A stretch of DNA of 64,000 bases, taken from Malacoraja senta (Eukaryota). Below are positions 62,622 to 64,000 of this stretch, in pieces (position 1 is the first letter of the stretch; every line of letters begins with the position of its first letter). The position numbers and the translations under genes are program-made. The stretch lies in assembly GCA_038087875.1 (NCBI GenBank), contig CM075994.1, forward strand, positions 3,660,001-3,724,000, read 5' to 3'. The notes below the pieces were generated by a model, which worked only from the letters and a program-made list of their open reading frames with translations, had not been told where the DNA came from and made no database searches.

Positions 62622-64000
62622 TTTTACTTCGGAGTCACGTGAGTGACTACGTGAAGAATCTGCCAGTCCGCATGCGCGTCATTACGTCTAACGCATGGCG
62701 CACGACTGGCTGGCAGGCGCGTCGCTCCTCCAGCGGTAAGTTTCAAAACCAGAAGGTAAGTTTCGAACTTATATTTCAGGTTGTGCTTTTTCTTGCAGGA
62801 AGCTCTTTTATAGAGTTCCTGCTGAATGACGTTCGGCTCTGGGAAACCCGGCTGCGAAGACCGCGGGGTATCCCGGCTCCGCGTGGAGAAGCCCTGCTCG
62901 GGAAAACCCGGCTGCGGAGACCGTGGGGAAGCCCGGCTCCGCGTGGTGATTCCCTGCTCGGGAAAACCCGGCTGCGGAGAGAGCAGGAAATCCCGGCTCC
63001 GCGTGGGGAACCTTTGCTCAGGGAAACCCAGCTGCGGAGACCGCGGGAAATTCCGGCTCCGCGGGAGGAAATCCGGCTCGGGGATACCAGGCTGCGGAGA
63101 CCGTGGGAAATCCCGGCTCCGTGGGAAGACCCGGCTCGGCAGGCCGGATGACTCAGATAAGTTCGGCCGTGAGGGTTCGCTTCCTGCAGTGGGGAACAGC
63201 CTGAGATGATATACTCCAAGAAACGGAGTTACATCAGCGCGGGTCTCGGGGCCCGCAGCAGCGCCTGGTGCAGTGCTGCATTATATCTCCCTCTCTGAGG
63301 AGGGGAGCGTATGGAAGAGGAAAGGAGGGTTCCCCTCCATGGGTACGTCCTCATGTGGAGCATGGATGCGTCCGCACGGCGTTCATCCCACGGAGGAGGG
63401 CTCCATCCTGATATGGTCCGTGGACGGGGCGATATCAGCACAGGTCTTGCCGGGGACCTGCAGCAGCGCCTGTGCAGGGCTGCATTATATCTCCCTCTCT
63501 GAGGAGGGGGGCGTAGGCAGTCAGTGTGTGACTGACTCCAAACTCGGAAGTATGTCCGTGAATCATACTGGAGTGCATGCATGAGGTTCAAGAATTCTGT
63601 CATGGCATCAAGGGTTCCAATATCCACGCAAACAGAGGAGCTGCTGCAAGGAAGAGTTGGCTTCCAGCCTATGGCAGAAAACCAGGAGCCAGAGTTCCCC
63701 TCACATTACAAGCTTGGTAAGCATCAATGACCGCACGTCACATCATTACAGGAACAAAGTGCCGCAGTGAACAGCGCTGTCTGGGGAGACTATGGATGGC
63801 GAGGCCAGCAATGTACAGCCGCCGAATCTTCTCCTTGGAGAAGATCTAGCCAAACAGGTAAAAAACCTGGATGAGGAAGTAAAGCTGTCGGACTAGTCAA
63901 CGTACCTACGACGATCAAAAGCCTCCCCGTTTCGGCGACAACACCCCTACGACCCCATCGGCAGTAAGTGGTTCACTGAAGCTGGTGGCAGCTTGAAAGT
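62622..64000 (+). mobile_element. 5' part of a DIRS-like (tyrosine-recombinase) retrotransposon with decayed gag-like region
   Basis: Abrupt GC-rich start ttttacttcggagtcacgtgagtgac; gag-like AVNSAVWG and LLLGEDLAKQVKNLDEE near 63760-63895. Confidence 0.5.
62835..63140. repeat. 60-bp tandem repeat (about 5 copies, two related about 30-bp halves)
   Basis: gctcgggaaaacccggctgcggagaccg...tcccggctccgcgtgg. Confidence 0.9.

Overview
Eukaryotic, repeat-dense vertebrate DNA, most likely from a cartilaginous fish such as a skate or ray (inferred from the CR1/HER1-type LINEs, HE1-like SINE and Penelope-type repeats). There are no prokaryotic genes or CRISPR arrays. Almost every ORF in the supplied track is retroelement, antisense-to-retroelement or microsatellite noise. 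Roughly half the window is transposable element: many CR1 LINE copies (one full-length with zinc-finger/esterase ORF1, several nested), Rex1/L2-like LINEs, Penelope remnants with hammerhead-ribozyme cores, two non-autonomous Helitrons (one 4.6 kb and packed with tandem repeats), a Kolobok-like element and the start of a DIRS-like element. The main hidden signal is invisible to the ORF track: about 28 candidate symmetric phase-1 micro-exons (mostly 27 or 36 nt) on the + strand between 15.5 and 62 kb. They splice into a stop-free, E/K/L-rich, modular coiled-coil-like peptide of about 272 aa. I cannot name the gene, and its ends are not identified in the window. All calls were made by eye, and TE boundaries are approximate unless a junction is stated.
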